Source: a virus
Virus record (IMG/VR): IMGVR_UViG_3300032050_000011
DNA: 64,000 bases
Direction: 5' to 3' (one strand)
This document shows, one piece after another, positions 9,215-19,140 of this stretch (positions within the stretch are counted from its first letter, which is position 1; each line of letters starts with the position of its first letter). The position numbers and the translations under genes are program-made. The notes beneath the pieces were generated by a model. The model was not told the DNA's origin, searched no databases, and saw nothing but the letters and a program-made list of their open reading frames with translations.

Positions 9215-10534
9215 TTATACGTACGGTTTTATAAGTTCAATTTTAGAAATTGTAACCAAACCCCCGTCATTTGGATTTTCGGCATCATCATAGGATGCTA
9301 TACGGTTCTGTTGGGGAAAGCTTAAGTTTGGATCACTCGCACTCATAATTTTTTCAATAAATCCTTGTTGAACTTCTTGACTAGTTATCGTATGTACATC
9401 TAGCGAAGGTCCATCTTTTAGCCATATTGTATTTCCAACACTCCCGGTAACTAAGTGAAGTCTATATTTAATAGCAGTGTATGGAATATTAAAATCATCG
9501 GGATTTGGAAATATTGCAGCATAATATAAAGGAGTGCTTTCTGGAGTAGTACTGTTTAATATTAAGTTGCCACCACTTATAGTTCCTCCAAATTCATACC
9601 ATCCTTGAGTGGAGTATACACCCCCAACAGGAGGTGGATTTTCGTGGGGTTGAGAAAAGTCTCTGGTATATATTAAATTCGCAGGAGGAGGTGCAGACGC
9701 AGTAAAGAAAGATTTTGTTATTGTTCCCCCCAACCTAGTTTCAGGATACAGAGTCGAGTTAACACTCGGAGTAAAACTAGCTATTTGATTATTATTTATG
9801 TAAAAACTCAATACACCGCTCACTCTTTTAACTTTAAAAGTATTTATCCCTGAAAGAATAGAGCTGCTAAGATTTGAAGCTAAAACTTGTCCTTCAGCAT
9901 AAATACGGAATTCAGGGGTTGGATTTGGATTAATAACGTCATTATAAAATATGTATTGATTTTCTCCGCTTTCTGGATCTTGAAGAGACTTGGACACCCC
10001 TGCTTGCCAGTATGGCCCTATATCTGTATTTAATGCTTCAAATGTTATTTCAAAATCATCATTAAATCCTTGAGTTGATCTTGGCATCAAGTTAGTTAAT
10101 TCTCCTGTTCTAGATATTCCGCCTTCAGATCCTAATGTATAACCACTAGTGTAAATATTCCAATCTACATAGTTAACAGAACCTGAACTCATATCAACTT
10201 CAAATTCTGAACTATTTAACTCGGAGGCATTGACAACCGTAGATCCACCATCAAAATCTTGAATAATAATTTTTTGTACTTGGAATATGTCTCTTGCCTT
10301 ATCTGAAACTAGAAAACTAGCAGTTGGCGATGACAAAGTTGCATCAAATCGCAATAATTCTTTTTGGTTACCAATGCTTGATTTATAATAAATTGTAACA
10401 TTTTTCCAGTTAGTTTGAATTGAAAAATACGGATCATTTAGAACACTGGTAATTTGCGCTAAATCTGATTTATTTAATGTAAAAATAGCAGGAGAATTTT
10501 TTTCAATGGTCGATGGTTTAGTTATTATGGGCAT
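9215..10534 (-). CDS. Paralog array member E: N-module + Y + X
   Basis: N-module; FKVKRVSGVLSFYINNNQI; IYTRDFS...VTISKIEL. Confidence 0.85.
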   Translation of the reverse strand: MPIITKPSTIEKNSPAIFTLNKSDLAQITSVLNDPYFSIQTNWKNVTIYYKSSIGNQKELLRFDATLSSPTASFLVSDKARDIFQVQKIIIQDFDGGSTVVNASELNSSEFEVDMSSGSVNYVDWNIYTSGYTLGSEGGISRTGELTNLMPRSTQGFNDDFEITFEALNTDIGPYWQAGVSKSLQDPESGENQYIFYNDVINPNPTPEFRIYAEGQVLASNLSSSILSGINTFKVKRVSGVLSFYINNNQIASFTPSVNSTLYPETRLGGTITKSFFTASAPPPANLIYTRDFSQPHENPPPVGGVYSTQGWYEFGGTISGGNLILNSTTPESTPLYYAAIFPNPDDFNIPYTAIKYRLHLVTGSVGNTIWLKDGPSLDVHTITSQEVQQGFIEKIMSASDPNLSFPQQNRIASYDDAENPNDGGLVTISKIELIKPYV

Positions 10535-10537
10535 ATA

Positions 10538-10903
10538 CTATCCTTTTAATAAACTTATTAATCCGTATAATGCTCCAGCGATAGCTGATATCCAACCAGC
10601 CCACACAGCTATAGTAGTTAGAGTACGAGCGGGAACCTCTAGATTCTCTATCCGCTTCTCATTGTCTTTATGCAGTTGTTCTAGTAGCTCTGTGCGACGT
10701 ATATGGTCTGCAAGCTGCTGATTCTGAATTTCATCTAGAGATTCTATCTTAGACAAGCGCTCACTTGTCTCTATCTCTATCTTTGTTAGCTTTTCTTGTA
10801 GTTTTGAATTAGCCTCTCTAACTTCTTTTCTGAACTCAGCTGACTCTTCTTTTTCTTCTTTAATTATATCATAGATAAGATCTATTTTATCGCTCACACA
10901 CAT
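10538..10903 (-). CDS. Coiled-coil protein with C-terminal transmembrane helix (XhlA/holin-like)
   Basis: Heptad-rich body; TIAVWAGWISAIAGALYGLISLL. Confidence 0.65.
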   Translation of the reverse strand: MCVSDKIDLIYDIIKEEKEESAEFRKEVREANSKLQEKLTKIEIETSERLSKIESLDEIQNQQLADHIRRTELLEQLHKDNEKRIENLEVPARTLTTIAVWAGWISAIAGALYGLISLLKG

Positions 10904-10966
10904 CCCCTTAAAACGTGAAACTATACATGAAAGTACAATTGATAAGCGGTATAATTATATCAGAAA

Positions 10967-11158
10967 ATGAGGTTAGATATGCAAGACAAGATAGTCTCTA
11001 GAATAGAAGATATATCTAATAAAATCAGCAGTCTTCTGGCTGATAGAGAGAGATGCTTACGCGAGTTAAATTCAATAAGTCTAGAGATAGATAAGCATTC
11101 TGCTATAATATTTGAACTAAAGTCTCTACTAGATTCAGCCGAGCCTAAATTAGACTAG
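10967..11158 (+). CDS. Small coiled-coil protein, divergently transcribed
   Basis: GTATAAT at 10949-10955 upstream; fills gap between minus-strand genes. Confidence 0.6.
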   Translation: MRLDMQDKIVSRIEDISNKISSLLADRERCLRELNSISLEIDKHSAIIFELKSLLDSAEPKLD

Positions 11159-13254
11159 TAGATCTCTCTCCACTGCAATCCGCACACAACCTGAGCTTGA
11201 ACGTTATTTCCAGGTTCTACAGTACTAACTAATATGACGTAAACCTCTGAATCTGTGCTATCTATATTCTGAGATATTATGTTTTTCTTTGCCGAAGTAA
11301 GTGTACCTGACACAGCCGCAGCAAGACTGTTCTGGCTTGAACCAGAGGATACAAAACCCGTTGCAAAACGATCTGCGTCTGCACTCACAAAATCAGTAGC
11401 GTTGACGCAGTATTCTACGCCGCTAGACATATCTGCAGGTGTCCAGACAAGCACCCCGGCATTTAAAGTGGTAGATAGACTAGATACGGAAGATAGTTTA
11501 ACTACTTCGTACATTACACTTTCGCCTGTGCAATATATTGACAGCTGATTAGGCCTGACGCTTAAACGATTAGGATACCCGTTAAATGAGTTTTTTAATC
11601 TTATTGCCATAAGTGGAAGCCTAGTCTGACCTATGGCTGGAGTTGTTCTCTTGGGACTTGTTACTGCAAAATCAATGCCACTCTCGACATAACCACCTTC
11701 GCTAGCAACAGTAGAACAGATCTGATCCATGGATCCGCCAGTGGTTATTCCGGTATTGAATATCTCACATCTTACTGGCAGATTTGGGTTGCTTATATAG
11801 ACTTCAGGTAGCACGTTTGAATGATAATACTCATGAGCAATTACGAATGCGCCATCGTGCACAAATCCACATCTGACTCTACCTACTCCAAGCCATTGAA
11901 AGTCCATCCAGGCTAGCTGCGTTTTTGAAGTATCTAGATTAAAACCGGACGCACCAGTGCCATCGCACTTATCTATGTTCCATTGACTCTGAGGAACCCT
12001 TCTTATATACGAGCCAACAGCTGCCTCTGACGCAGTTCCACTAGTGTAACTTCTTATTACCCAGTTAAGTTGACCATTGCTTGTGCCATCAGCATCGTTG
12101 TTCCCGACTTGTTCAAAATATATGCCATCACGATCGTCATAGTAGCCAGTTCTCTTTGTGACATTTTTTTGTGCATACCCAAGGCAAGAAGACGTTAAGA
12201 TCAACTGACTTTTACCTGGCTGATAGTGATGATACATTTTTGTCTGATGCACTGCACTAGATAATGTATTGCTAGTGGTAGATAATGTAGCACAAGCCTT
12301 ATCTTGATTATAGGTTACGCTACCGCCATTTAATTTTCTATCAAGAAAATTTGGATCAATCGCATAAACATGTTTATAGTCACCTAGTGTAAACGGCTCG
12401 CTCATGCGAGTTCTTCCAAACGCATCAGGGTTAATTCCTGGAAGGGTGCCCGTTATAGTAGCGCTTACATTACCATTAACTGTCCACGGATTAGTGCCTT
12501 GATTAGCAGTTACTGTGCCATTTACTGGAACTGGGTTGCCACTATCGTTCTTAATCTCTAGCTCAACCGATGAAACTATGGCAACATTCTGCGTCGCCGG
12601 AAAATTTCCTATGTTTACAGTTCCATCTACCGTAAGTGATCCACCATTATCGGTCACATTTATTGAGCCATCTGAGTTGATTTCTAGTGTATGAGTGCCG
12701 TCACCTATGCGTACAGAATCGTGAACGTCACCGACATCGGGTACATTGTCTTGATGCGATAGCTGAACCTCTAGCTCAGCATTAACGGTTCCTATTGATA
12801 TGGATCCGTCTGATAGCTCAACAGGAACAGGGTTGGACTTGCTATAGCTTCTACCAAGCCAGTCAACTGCATGAGTACGCATTGCAACTGTTGGCTCTTC
12901 TTCATATGTTTGTCGCTGTATCTCTAGCAATTCTATTACAGGGCGCTTGTCTTGGGCTAACTCCACCGTAGCAGTGTCAGCTGTCAATAGATCAGACATG
13001 TCTAGCTTGTTTAGTGTTGCAACTGAATCTTTAGGATCTATCACTATGAACTGACTAGTTGATATTACACGCTTTACTTTAGCCAGTCTTATAGCTACAG
13101 AAGATGACTTAAACTTAAGTGTTTGGCCAACTTTAATTCTATATGTAGATGCTACTGTTATGGTGCCATCTGAACTACCATTTGCTGTCAGCAGCATTGG
13201 TGCGAGTGCTAGATAGCGCTTTTCCGTAATATGCGGTAGTCCAAAATCTGCCAC
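11155..13254 (-). CDS. Virion structural / fibre-like protein
   Basis: VTDNGGSLTVDGTV and PVNGTVTANQGT shaft motifs; DAFGRTRMSEP...YQPGK...FQWLGVGRVRCG C-terminal domain common in phage structural genes. Confidence 0.7.
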   Translation of the reverse strand: MADFGLPHITEKRYLALAPMLLTANGSSDGTITVASTYRIKVGQTLKFKSSSVAIRLAKVKRVISTSQFIVIDPKDSVATLNKLDMSDLLTADTATVELAQDKRPVIELLEIQRQTYEEEPTVAMRTHAVDWLGRSYSKSNPVPVELSDGSISIGTVNAELEVQLSHQDNVPDVGDVHDSVRIGDGTHTLEINSDGSINVTDNGGSLTVDGTVNIGNFPATQNVAIVSSVELEIKNDSGNPVPVNGTVTANQGTNPWTVNGNVSATITGTLPGINPDAFGRTRMSEPFTLGDYKHVYAIDPNFLDRKLNGGSVTYNQDKACATLSTTSNTLSSAVHQTKMYHHYQPGKSQLILTSSCLGYAQKNVTKRTGYYDDRDGIYFEQVGNNDADGTSNGQLNWVIRSYTSGTASEAAVGSYIRRVPQSQWNIDKCDGTGASGFNLDTSKTQLAWMDFQWLGVGRVRCGFVHDGAFVIAHEYYHSNVLPEVYISNPNLPVRCEIFNTGITTGGSMDQICSTVASEGGYVESGIDFAVTSPKRTTPAIGQTRLPLMAIRLKNSFNGYPNRLSVRPNQLSIYCTGESVMYEVVKLSSVSSLSTTLNAGVLVWTPADMSSGVEYCVNATDFVSADADRFATGFVSSGSSQNSLAAAVSGTLTSAKKNIISQNIDSTDSEVYVILVSTVEPGNNVQAQVVCGLQWREIY

Positions 13255-13311
13255 AACCTCTCCTAAGACTCTAACCCATGCTAGAGAATTTTAATCGTAT
13301 CGGAATCTTTG

Positions 13312-13608
13312 TTAAAAATCGCCATCGTTACCAATATGCATGTTTCTTCTTAATCGCTCTTCTTCTGTAAGTGTGCTGTTAAACGACTTTCCATCGCCCC
13401 AGTCTTCTTCTTTATTGTCAACAAATTTATTAGCTTCAGAATACCACTTATTTAACTTATCTTGATACTCAGCTTCTGCCTTCTTTATCTGCTCTTCAGT
13501 CCTAACAAGATGACCAAATAGCTCTTCATCAGAAGCTTGCAGCTTTACGCGAGCGCTCTTCTTTAGTTGCTCTTCTTCTTTACTCCAGTCTGGCCACTGC
13601 TTGCTCAT
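13312..13608 (-). CDS. Hypothetical charged protein (possible head cargo)
   Basis: ORF; likely start MSKQW in TGATG overlap; LKKS and IKKA motifs. Confidence 0.65.
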   Translation of the reverse strand: MSKQWPDWSKEEEQLKKSARVKLQASDEELFGHLVRTEEQIKKAEAEYQDKLNKWYSEANKFVDNKEEDWGDGKSFNSTLTEEERLRRNMHIGNDGDF

Positions 13609-14054
13609 CAGCACTTCCATCTTCTGCGAGCTTTACAGGCACGCTTCTCTGGTGTTTTCTTGCAGTTTATATTATGCATGCGTATTTGGCCGCCATTTCT
13701 AGCACAGAAACTTCTTTTACGAGGTCCGCCACCTGGCTGCGGAGCTTTGAGGTTTCCGCCTGTAGCTTTATTGTATGAGGCTCTACCTGCGGCAGTAAGG
13801 CCACCTTTATCAGATTTGTGTTTTGCTTTTGGTGACCACTCTTTTTTCTCTAAGACTTCTTCATAGCCTTTGGCTAGTATAGATTTAACCAGAATATCTT
13901 CTGTTTTATCAGACACGTTTTCGCCTAACATAAGATCGATATCTTTGTTGTCAAATATCTCTACTTGTATGTGTGATTTTTCGAATTCTTCTAGATATGT
14001 TTTTCTATTTTTAGAATTCTTAGGCGCAACCTTGATCTTGCTGTCCTTATTCAT
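13608..14054 (-). CDS. DUF6321-like domain protein
   Basis: [23 protein letters not shown]...RKRSFCAR...ARRRWKC; probable start MNKDSK. Confidence 0.75.
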   Translation of the reverse strand: MNKDSKIKVAPKNSKNRKTYLEEFEKSHIQVEIFDNKDIDLMLGENVSDKTEDILVKSILAKGYEEVLEKKEWSPKAKHKSDKGGLTAAGRASYNKATGGNLKAPQPGGGPRKRSFCARNGGQIRMHNINCKKTPEKRACKARRRWKC

Positions 14055-15468
14055 TTGAAGATTCCTTTTTGGACTTTTTCTCTTTAATTTTATTCTTAGC
14101 ATCTACTACCATCTGCTCTGCCTTTAGCGCTGCCTGATGTTGCTTTATTTGTAGATCTAACGCCATTTCTTTTTTAGCTCGCTCATACTCAAGATCTAGC
14201 ATACGCTTTTGATGTTCTGAATCATCTAGCTTAGAGGCTGGAATATCTTTTTTGGCTTTTTCTTGCTCTATTTCTCTTAATTTTCTTTTATGTTCTGAAT
14301 CATCTTCTGATTCTAGTTTTCTGCGCTCTTTTTCGTACTCAAGTTCAAGCATACGTTTCTTATGCTCTTGCTCTAGTTTCATTAGGGAGACTTTGTGATC
14401 GAGCTCTGCATTATTTAGCTTTTCATGGTGACCACTTTTTAAAGCATGATCTTTTTGCTTAATCTGCATCTCCATATCTTGTAGAGATAATTCACCCTGT
14501 CTTCTTGCTTGTTCAGTTTTTGCTTTCTCATCTGAGACTTGATCAATGTCTGGAAAATGATGCCCGTGCATTATAAACGCTATTTCAGCATCTGAGTGTC
14601 CAGATTGTTTTAGCATTTCTGCTATATCTTCAGGTGAAGGCTGTTGTTCACCATCGGCTTGTTGAGCCTGCATCATGGCTTGCTCTTCAGGTGAAGGCTG
14701 TTGTTCACCATCGGCTTGTTGAGCCTGCATCATGGCTTGCTCTTCAGGTGAAGGCTGTTGTTCACCATCGGCTTGTTGAGCCTGCATCATGGCTTGCTCT
14801 TCAGGTGAAGGCTGTTGTTCGCCATCGGCTTGTTGAGCCTGTATCATGGCTTGCTCTTCAGGTGAAGGCTGTTGTTCGCCATCGGCTTGTTGAGCCTGCT
14901 CCTCATCTTCATCTTGCATAGAATCTTCTATATCTAAGAATGCGTCGTCCGCCATTGCCTTCTTAAGCTTTATCCATTTGTCTTTAAGCTGCTTTAATGA
15001 AAAGTCGTAGTCCTGCTGTGAATCTTGATAATTAGATTGAGCAGCTCTTGCGCCAAATTTATCCAATTCTTCTTTGCCATAATCTAGCTCTTGCTTGCCA
15101 TCTGACTCTTTATCTATTCTTAACTTATCTTTTTTCTTTATCGACTTTTTGCTATTTTTTTCTATTTGTTTAAGCTTAATATAATAATCTTTATCCTCGC
15201 TAAGATGATCCATAGCTATTTCTTTGGCAATTTTTTTATTCTTAGTATGCTCGCGCTCCACTTTTGTACCTTGTCTTATAGCTCTGCTACTAAAATCTTT
15301 TTCTGTTTTTTTGTCTGCTAGTCCACCCTTAAGTTCATCTTTCTTGAGAGATTTTCCTGCTTTAGAATAAGCTATAGCAACTGCCTGTTTTTGTGGCTTA
15401 CCAGCTTCAACTTCTGTTTTTATATTTTCAGCAATAACTTCTTTGCTTGATCCTTGCTTAAGCGGCAT
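14047..15468 (-). CDS. Multi-module protein with DUF5661-like domain, Gln-rich repeat and coiled coil
   Basis: [16 protein letters not shown]...[10 protein letters not shown]; LKGGLAD...GTKVEREHT...[17 protein letters not shown]. Confidence 0.75.
   Translation of the reverse strand: MPLKQGSSKEVIAENIKTEVEAGKPQKQAVAIAYSKAGKSLKKDELKGGLADKKTEKDFSSRAIRQGTKVEREHTKNKKIAKEIAMDHLSEDKDYYIKLKQIEKNSKKSIKKKDKLRIDKESDGKQELDYGKEELDKFGARAAQSNYQDSQQDYDFSLKQLKDKWIKLKKAMADDAFLDIEDSMQDEDEEQAQQADGEQQPSPEEQAMIQAQQADGEQQPSPEEQAMMQAQQADGEQQPSPEEQAMMQAQQADGEQQPSPEEQAMMQAQQADGEQQPSPEDIAEMLKQSGHSDAEIAFIMHGHHFPDIDQVSDEKAKTEQARRQGELSLQDMEMQIKQKDHALKSGHHEKLNNAELDHKVSLMKLEQEHKKRMLELEYEKERRKLESEDDSEHKRKLREIEQEKAKKDIPASKLDDSEHQKRMLDLEYERAKKEMALDLQIKQHQAALKAEQMVVDAKNKIKEKKSKKESSNE
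14627..14899. repeat. 57-bp tandem repeat, ~4.8 copies ([19 protein letters not shown])
   Basis: Unit tcttcaggtgaaggctgttgttcaccatcggcttgttgagcctgcatcatggcttgc. Confidence 0.95.
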
Positions 15469-15477
15469 ACTTGTCCT

Positions 15478-16314
15478 CTAAAAGAAATCGATATTCCATC
15501 TTTTCTGATAATAACCTTTAATTGCGTCTTTTTGCATTTGTATAAGATCACCAAGATCTTTTATTCTTGCAGCTAAAAATTGAGGTCCTGGAGTGCCTAC
15601 TGACTGGCTTACTCCATCGATACTTACACCCACTGAGGTGTGCGGAAATATAAGCGGGCCGATAAAAGTTAGTATCTTATAAGCTGCTAAATTCTCTATT
15701 AGTTCAATTATAGCTGCGGGAACCTTGTCTTTCTCAAATCCTGCCTGATATTTTACCCTCACAGCTCCTGGAAAGTTATCTAGGCCGATAGCTCTTAGTG
15801 CATGAAACTGTGTACCAGAAAAAGCAGATAGTAAAAAACCAGATAAGCTAGTTCCAAATGCTGGAACAAGTTGCATGACGCCTTCTTGTGGCATAAGATG
15901 AACATGCTCCATTGGAAACTGAACAAAGCCTAGATTTGTTTGATCATTAGAGAAGCTTAGCTGTACTTCCTCTATTGATATAACATTCGGATGATTTAAC
16001 TTAAGATAATTATAGTTCCAATTAAACTCATGCCTATTGTAGTCATGTTTCTCTTCGAATGTTACCGGCGTTATGTATAAGTCCAGTTCATGTTCTATCT
16101 GAGATATCGCACTATCTATATAGTGCTTTATGGTGTCGTCTGAGATTGATTCATTAGTGAGCGCAGAGGTTAGCGGTATTCCAAATAGTGCTCGCTTCCT
16201 GAGATTTTCTGGAGTTGGAAGCGGCATATATCTTTCAAATGTTCCACTAGTATCTTGACCGTCTTTTGCCCATAACGGATAAAGTCCTACTCGTGGTGTT
16301 CTTGACATTGGCAT
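15478..16314 (-). CDS. Head-tail adaptor / neck protein
   Basis: IKHYIDSAISQIEHEL...VKYQAGF...VPAAI...SVGVSIDGVSQS pattern of myovirus neck proteins. Confidence 0.7.
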   Translation of the reverse strand: MPMSRTPRVGLYPLWAKDGQDTSGTFERYMPLPTPENLRKRALFGIPLTSALTNESISDDTIKHYIDSAISQIEHELDLYITPVTFEEKHDYNRHEFNWNYNYLKLNHPNVISIEEVQLSFSNDQTNLGFVQFPMEHVHLMPQEGVMQLVPAFGTSLSGFLLSAFSGTQFHALRAIGLDNFPGAVRVKYQAGFEKDKVPAAIIELIENLAAYKILTFIGPLIFPHTSVGVSIDGVSQSVGTPGPQFLAARIKDLGDLIQMQKDAIKGYYQKRWNIDFF

Positions 16315-17624
16315 TAATTACCACCGTTTTTTTTGATGCCCTGTACATGCTTTAATCTAGAAAGCTGCTCAGGTGCAAGTCTCTCTACTATTTTTTGCTG
16401 CAACTCTTTCACAAATTCTGGATTGGCTTGGCTTATCTTTAAGGCTGGATCTACTTTAGTGTTAACGTTAGTGCCTCTTCCTTCATCCTCTTTTATTCCG
16501 CCAGCGGACTGTGCAGCGCCTTCTTTTATAGACTTGGTTCCCTGTACAGAAGAAGCGTCGTCGTGTCCTTGAAAACTAAATAAATCATCTGCGCTTTCGC
16601 CAGAACTCATGCCTGCCGTTGCTACTTGTGCTTCGGCCTCTTGCCTTTTTTCATTTCTTAGTTTATTATTTTCTTTCGCTATCTGACTTACGCGATCTAC
16701 TGCTTCAATTTTTTTCTGACTATGTTGAGGATTATTTCTAGCAAAATCATGCTTAAACTTAATTATTAATTTTGTTTTTTCTTTTGGGTCGGTTATGTGT
16801 GCTATACTTTTATTATATTCTTCTAGTGCTTGATCTAGGTCTCCTCCTACCTCAGACATTATTTTATTTTTATTTGAGCTTAAGTGGAGTACAGGATTTT
16901 CTGACGGATCTGATAACAGGCCCGTTTTATGCTGATGATTAGATAGCCAACCAGTGGCGGCCTCTTTAAGATTTTGCAACATAGCAGAAGATGGCTCGCT
17001 AGGCTTTATTCCTCTTGAAATTATTTGATCATGTGTTAATATATCGTGAGCTCCAGCAAGTCTTTCTGCTTCTCTTGGACTATAGCCCTGACTTATAAAT
17101 TTCTTTATAGCTTCTACATGATGAGGTGCGTAACTACTTTTAGCTGACCATTCTGATCTACTTCCAGATGCAGCGGCAGTAGGCTTTTCAGCTACTGGCT
17201 GTTGAGTAGTGGGGTCAGCTTGCACTTTTTCCTGCTTAGGAGGAGCTTTCTGCTGTTGCTGTTGCTGTGATTGCCACTCACGAATAGCGCGCTCTTGCGC
17301 TGTGTCTTCTTCATCTGATTGCGAATAAGAAGGCTCTTCTTCATCATATTGCTCAGTGTTATCTTCATCTTCTGGATCTCTATCATAGGACTGCGGCGCA
17401 TCTTCATCTGAGAACTCATCGTCATATTGCTCTGGATTATCCAGACCGCCGCCTATTTGTCGCTCCCATAAACTTTGACCGTAATCTGAATCTTCATCGT
17501 CATCATACACTGCTTTAACAAAACGTTCTTCTATAGCATGAAAAAGTTCTGGATTGTTCTTAAATAGCTCGCTATTGTCTTTAATTTTTTTTGAAATTGA
17601 TCTTAATAGTTGCTCTATATTCAT
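16314..17624 (-). CDS. Hypothetical low-complexity protein, candidate internal head protein
   Basis: 436 aa; acidic and Gln tracts following FVKA. Confidence 0.7.
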   Translation of the reverse strand: MNIEQLLRSISKKIKDNSELFKNNPELFHAIEERFVKAVYDDDEDSDYGQSLWERQIGGGLDNPEQYDDEFSDEDAPQSYDRDPEDEDNTEQYDEEEPSYSQSDEEDTAQERAIREWQSQQQQQQKAPPKQEKVQADPTTQQPVAEKPTAAASGSRSEWSAKSSYAPHHVEAIKKFISQGYSPREAERLAGAHDILTHDQIISRGIKPSEPSSAMLQNLKEAATGWLSNHQHKTGLLSDPSENPVLHLSSNKNKIMSEVGGDLDQALEEYNKSIAHITDPKEKTKLIIKFKHDFARNNPQHSQKKIEAVDRVSQIAKENNKLRNEKRQEAEAQVATAGMSSGESADDLFSFQGHDDASSVQGTKSIKEGAAQSAGGIKEDEGRGTNVNTKVDPALKISQANPEFVKELQQKIVERLAPEQLSRLKHVQGIKKNGGN

Positions 17625-17625
17625 G

Positions 17626-18747
17626 TTATGGCTTTTTGGCTTTTATTTCTGCAAGCCTTCGCATTGCATCTTCTTTTCCAAGTTTTTTATCAGCTGAACT
17701 GGACGTTATCACCGGCGGTTTTTCCATCCTGTCCCAGTCACTGCGATTGCTGTCTTTACCTATTACCGGGGGTATCTCTGCGTTGAACTTTACATTACTT
17801 AAATCCTGTGATGCCGCAGTTTGAGTTGATTGCTGTGGTCTAGAAGTAACACCCATTCTTGCCAGGTGACTGTCTGTATCTAGCGGAGACACTTGTGCAT
17901 GTGCTGGACTAGACTTGCCTTTTCCAGCAGGTCTTTCTTGGTATGAATCAAGGAAGTCCATCATTTGATTTGCCTCAAAATCACGCATTGAGTTTTCATA
18001 GTTAGCATGATGCGCCCCAGATAGGTCAGCGTTTGACATTCCGTAATATGAGAATATCGGCGCGCTATCAAACGGATGCGGCTCGTAGTAGCCTTTTGAT
18101 TTATGATCGTGATCTATATCGATATGCTTTCCATTTATGTGTGTCTCTTCAAGAGGCCAAGCGCCTTTATGTCCGTGACCATGAACTTCCTCAGCATAAC
18201 TAAAATGAGGCGCTTGAGATAAGTAGTCGTATGTAGAATGTTCTCTCGCTAAACCTTTTGTAGCAGTGGAGTAGTGCTCTTGCTTGTATGGGTTATCTAT
18301 GCTTGATATTCCGCTCTTGTTCTGAAACTGATTTCTTTCCCAGGGCTTTGGATCAACCCAGTCTGCCTTTAGTGCTCCATTAGTGTGGTCTATGCTGCCG
18401 TCATTTATCATCTTATCTGTTAGATGAAGCATTTTCATAATTTGACGCATGTGCTGACCGGCAAGTTTTTTATTACCAGATTTTAATGCAGCAGAATATC
18501 TAGTAGCATGATGAGATAGAGCACCATGCATCATATCTGCAAGTATTGGCGTTTGTCTTATATTTTTAGCAAAATCTAAAACTGCAGTATTGGGTTTTTT
18601 TGTGCCTTTTTGCTTTGCCATTTTTTGCAGAGACTCAACTACATAGTCATATAGTTTTTGATCTGCCAATGACTCTATAAAGGAATTCAGCCCGTTATTA
18701 GCTGCTGTTTTTCTCAATAAGATTTGTTTAAAATTAGCTATTCTCAT
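17626..18747 (-). CDS. Hypothetical His-rich protein, candidate internal head protein
   Basis: 373 aa, SD GGAG, tightly packed. Confidence 0.7.
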   Translation of the reverse strand: MRIANFKQILLRKTAANNGLNSFIESLADQKLYDYVVESLQKMAKQKGTKKPNTAVLDFAKNIRQTPILADMMHGALSHHATRYSAALKSGNKKLAGQHMRQIMKMLHLTDKMINDGSIDHTNGALKADWVDPKPWERNQFQNKSGISSIDNPYKQEHYSTATKGLAREHSTYDYLSQAPHFSYAEEVHGHGHKGAWPLEETHINGKHIDIDHDHKSKGYYEPHPFDSAPIFSYYGMSNADLSGAHHANYENSMRDFEANQMMDFLDSYQERPAGKGKSSPAHAQVSPLDTDSHLARMGVTSRPQQSTQTAASQDLSNVKFNAEIPPVIGKDSNRSDWDRMEKPPVITSSSADKKLGKEDAMRRLAEIKAKKP

Positions 18748-18755
18748 GACATCTC

Positions 18756-19082
18756 CTAGATCTCAAGAAGCTCAGCTCTCACGGGGTTTGCACTTGCTCT
18801 GATATATTTAGCTTGACATAGAACGTAGTGATCTCCAGCAAGAACTTTCACAGCAGGAGACGTGGTTGCTGTAACTGCCGCGCCAGATGTGTCATCGCTA
18901 AACGCTACATAAGTATCAGCGGAAACCTGGATCCTCAGGATATTTCCTTGACCTACTTCTACCCAGCTAGAGGACAGATTTGCAGAAATAACTTTACCTG
19001 GAATTAGAAGAGCCTGAAGTGCTTGTGCTACATCGACTGTACTTAGGGTAACTAGTTTTCTTACTTTGCTTAGAGATGACAT
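18756..19082 (-). CDS. Small beta-rich structural protein
   Basis: SD AGGAG; GTATAAT at 19115-19121; Ala/Val/Ser-rich. Confidence 0.7.
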   Translation of the reverse strand: MSSLSKVRKLVTLSTVDVAQALQALLIPGKVISANLSSSWVEVGQGNILRIQVSADTYVAFSDDTSGAAVTATTSPAVKVLAGDHYVLCQAKYIRASANPVRAELLEI

Positions 19083-19140
19083 CGTGACTCCTATATGGCC
19101 AATAATACTAGATTATTATACCAGAATAAAGAGCCAGAGA

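Noticed and set aside
4858-10534. Diversity-generating retroelement or invertase shufflon behind the paralog array
   Set aside because: No reverse transcriptase or site-specific recombinase in the window; the repeat lies in the constant N-module, mismatches are not adenine-specific, and all genes are co-oriented with their own starts
14627-14899. CRISPR-like array (also the repeats at 1-1620 and 62985-63680)
   Set aside because: In-frame coding repeats with no unique spacers and no cas genes
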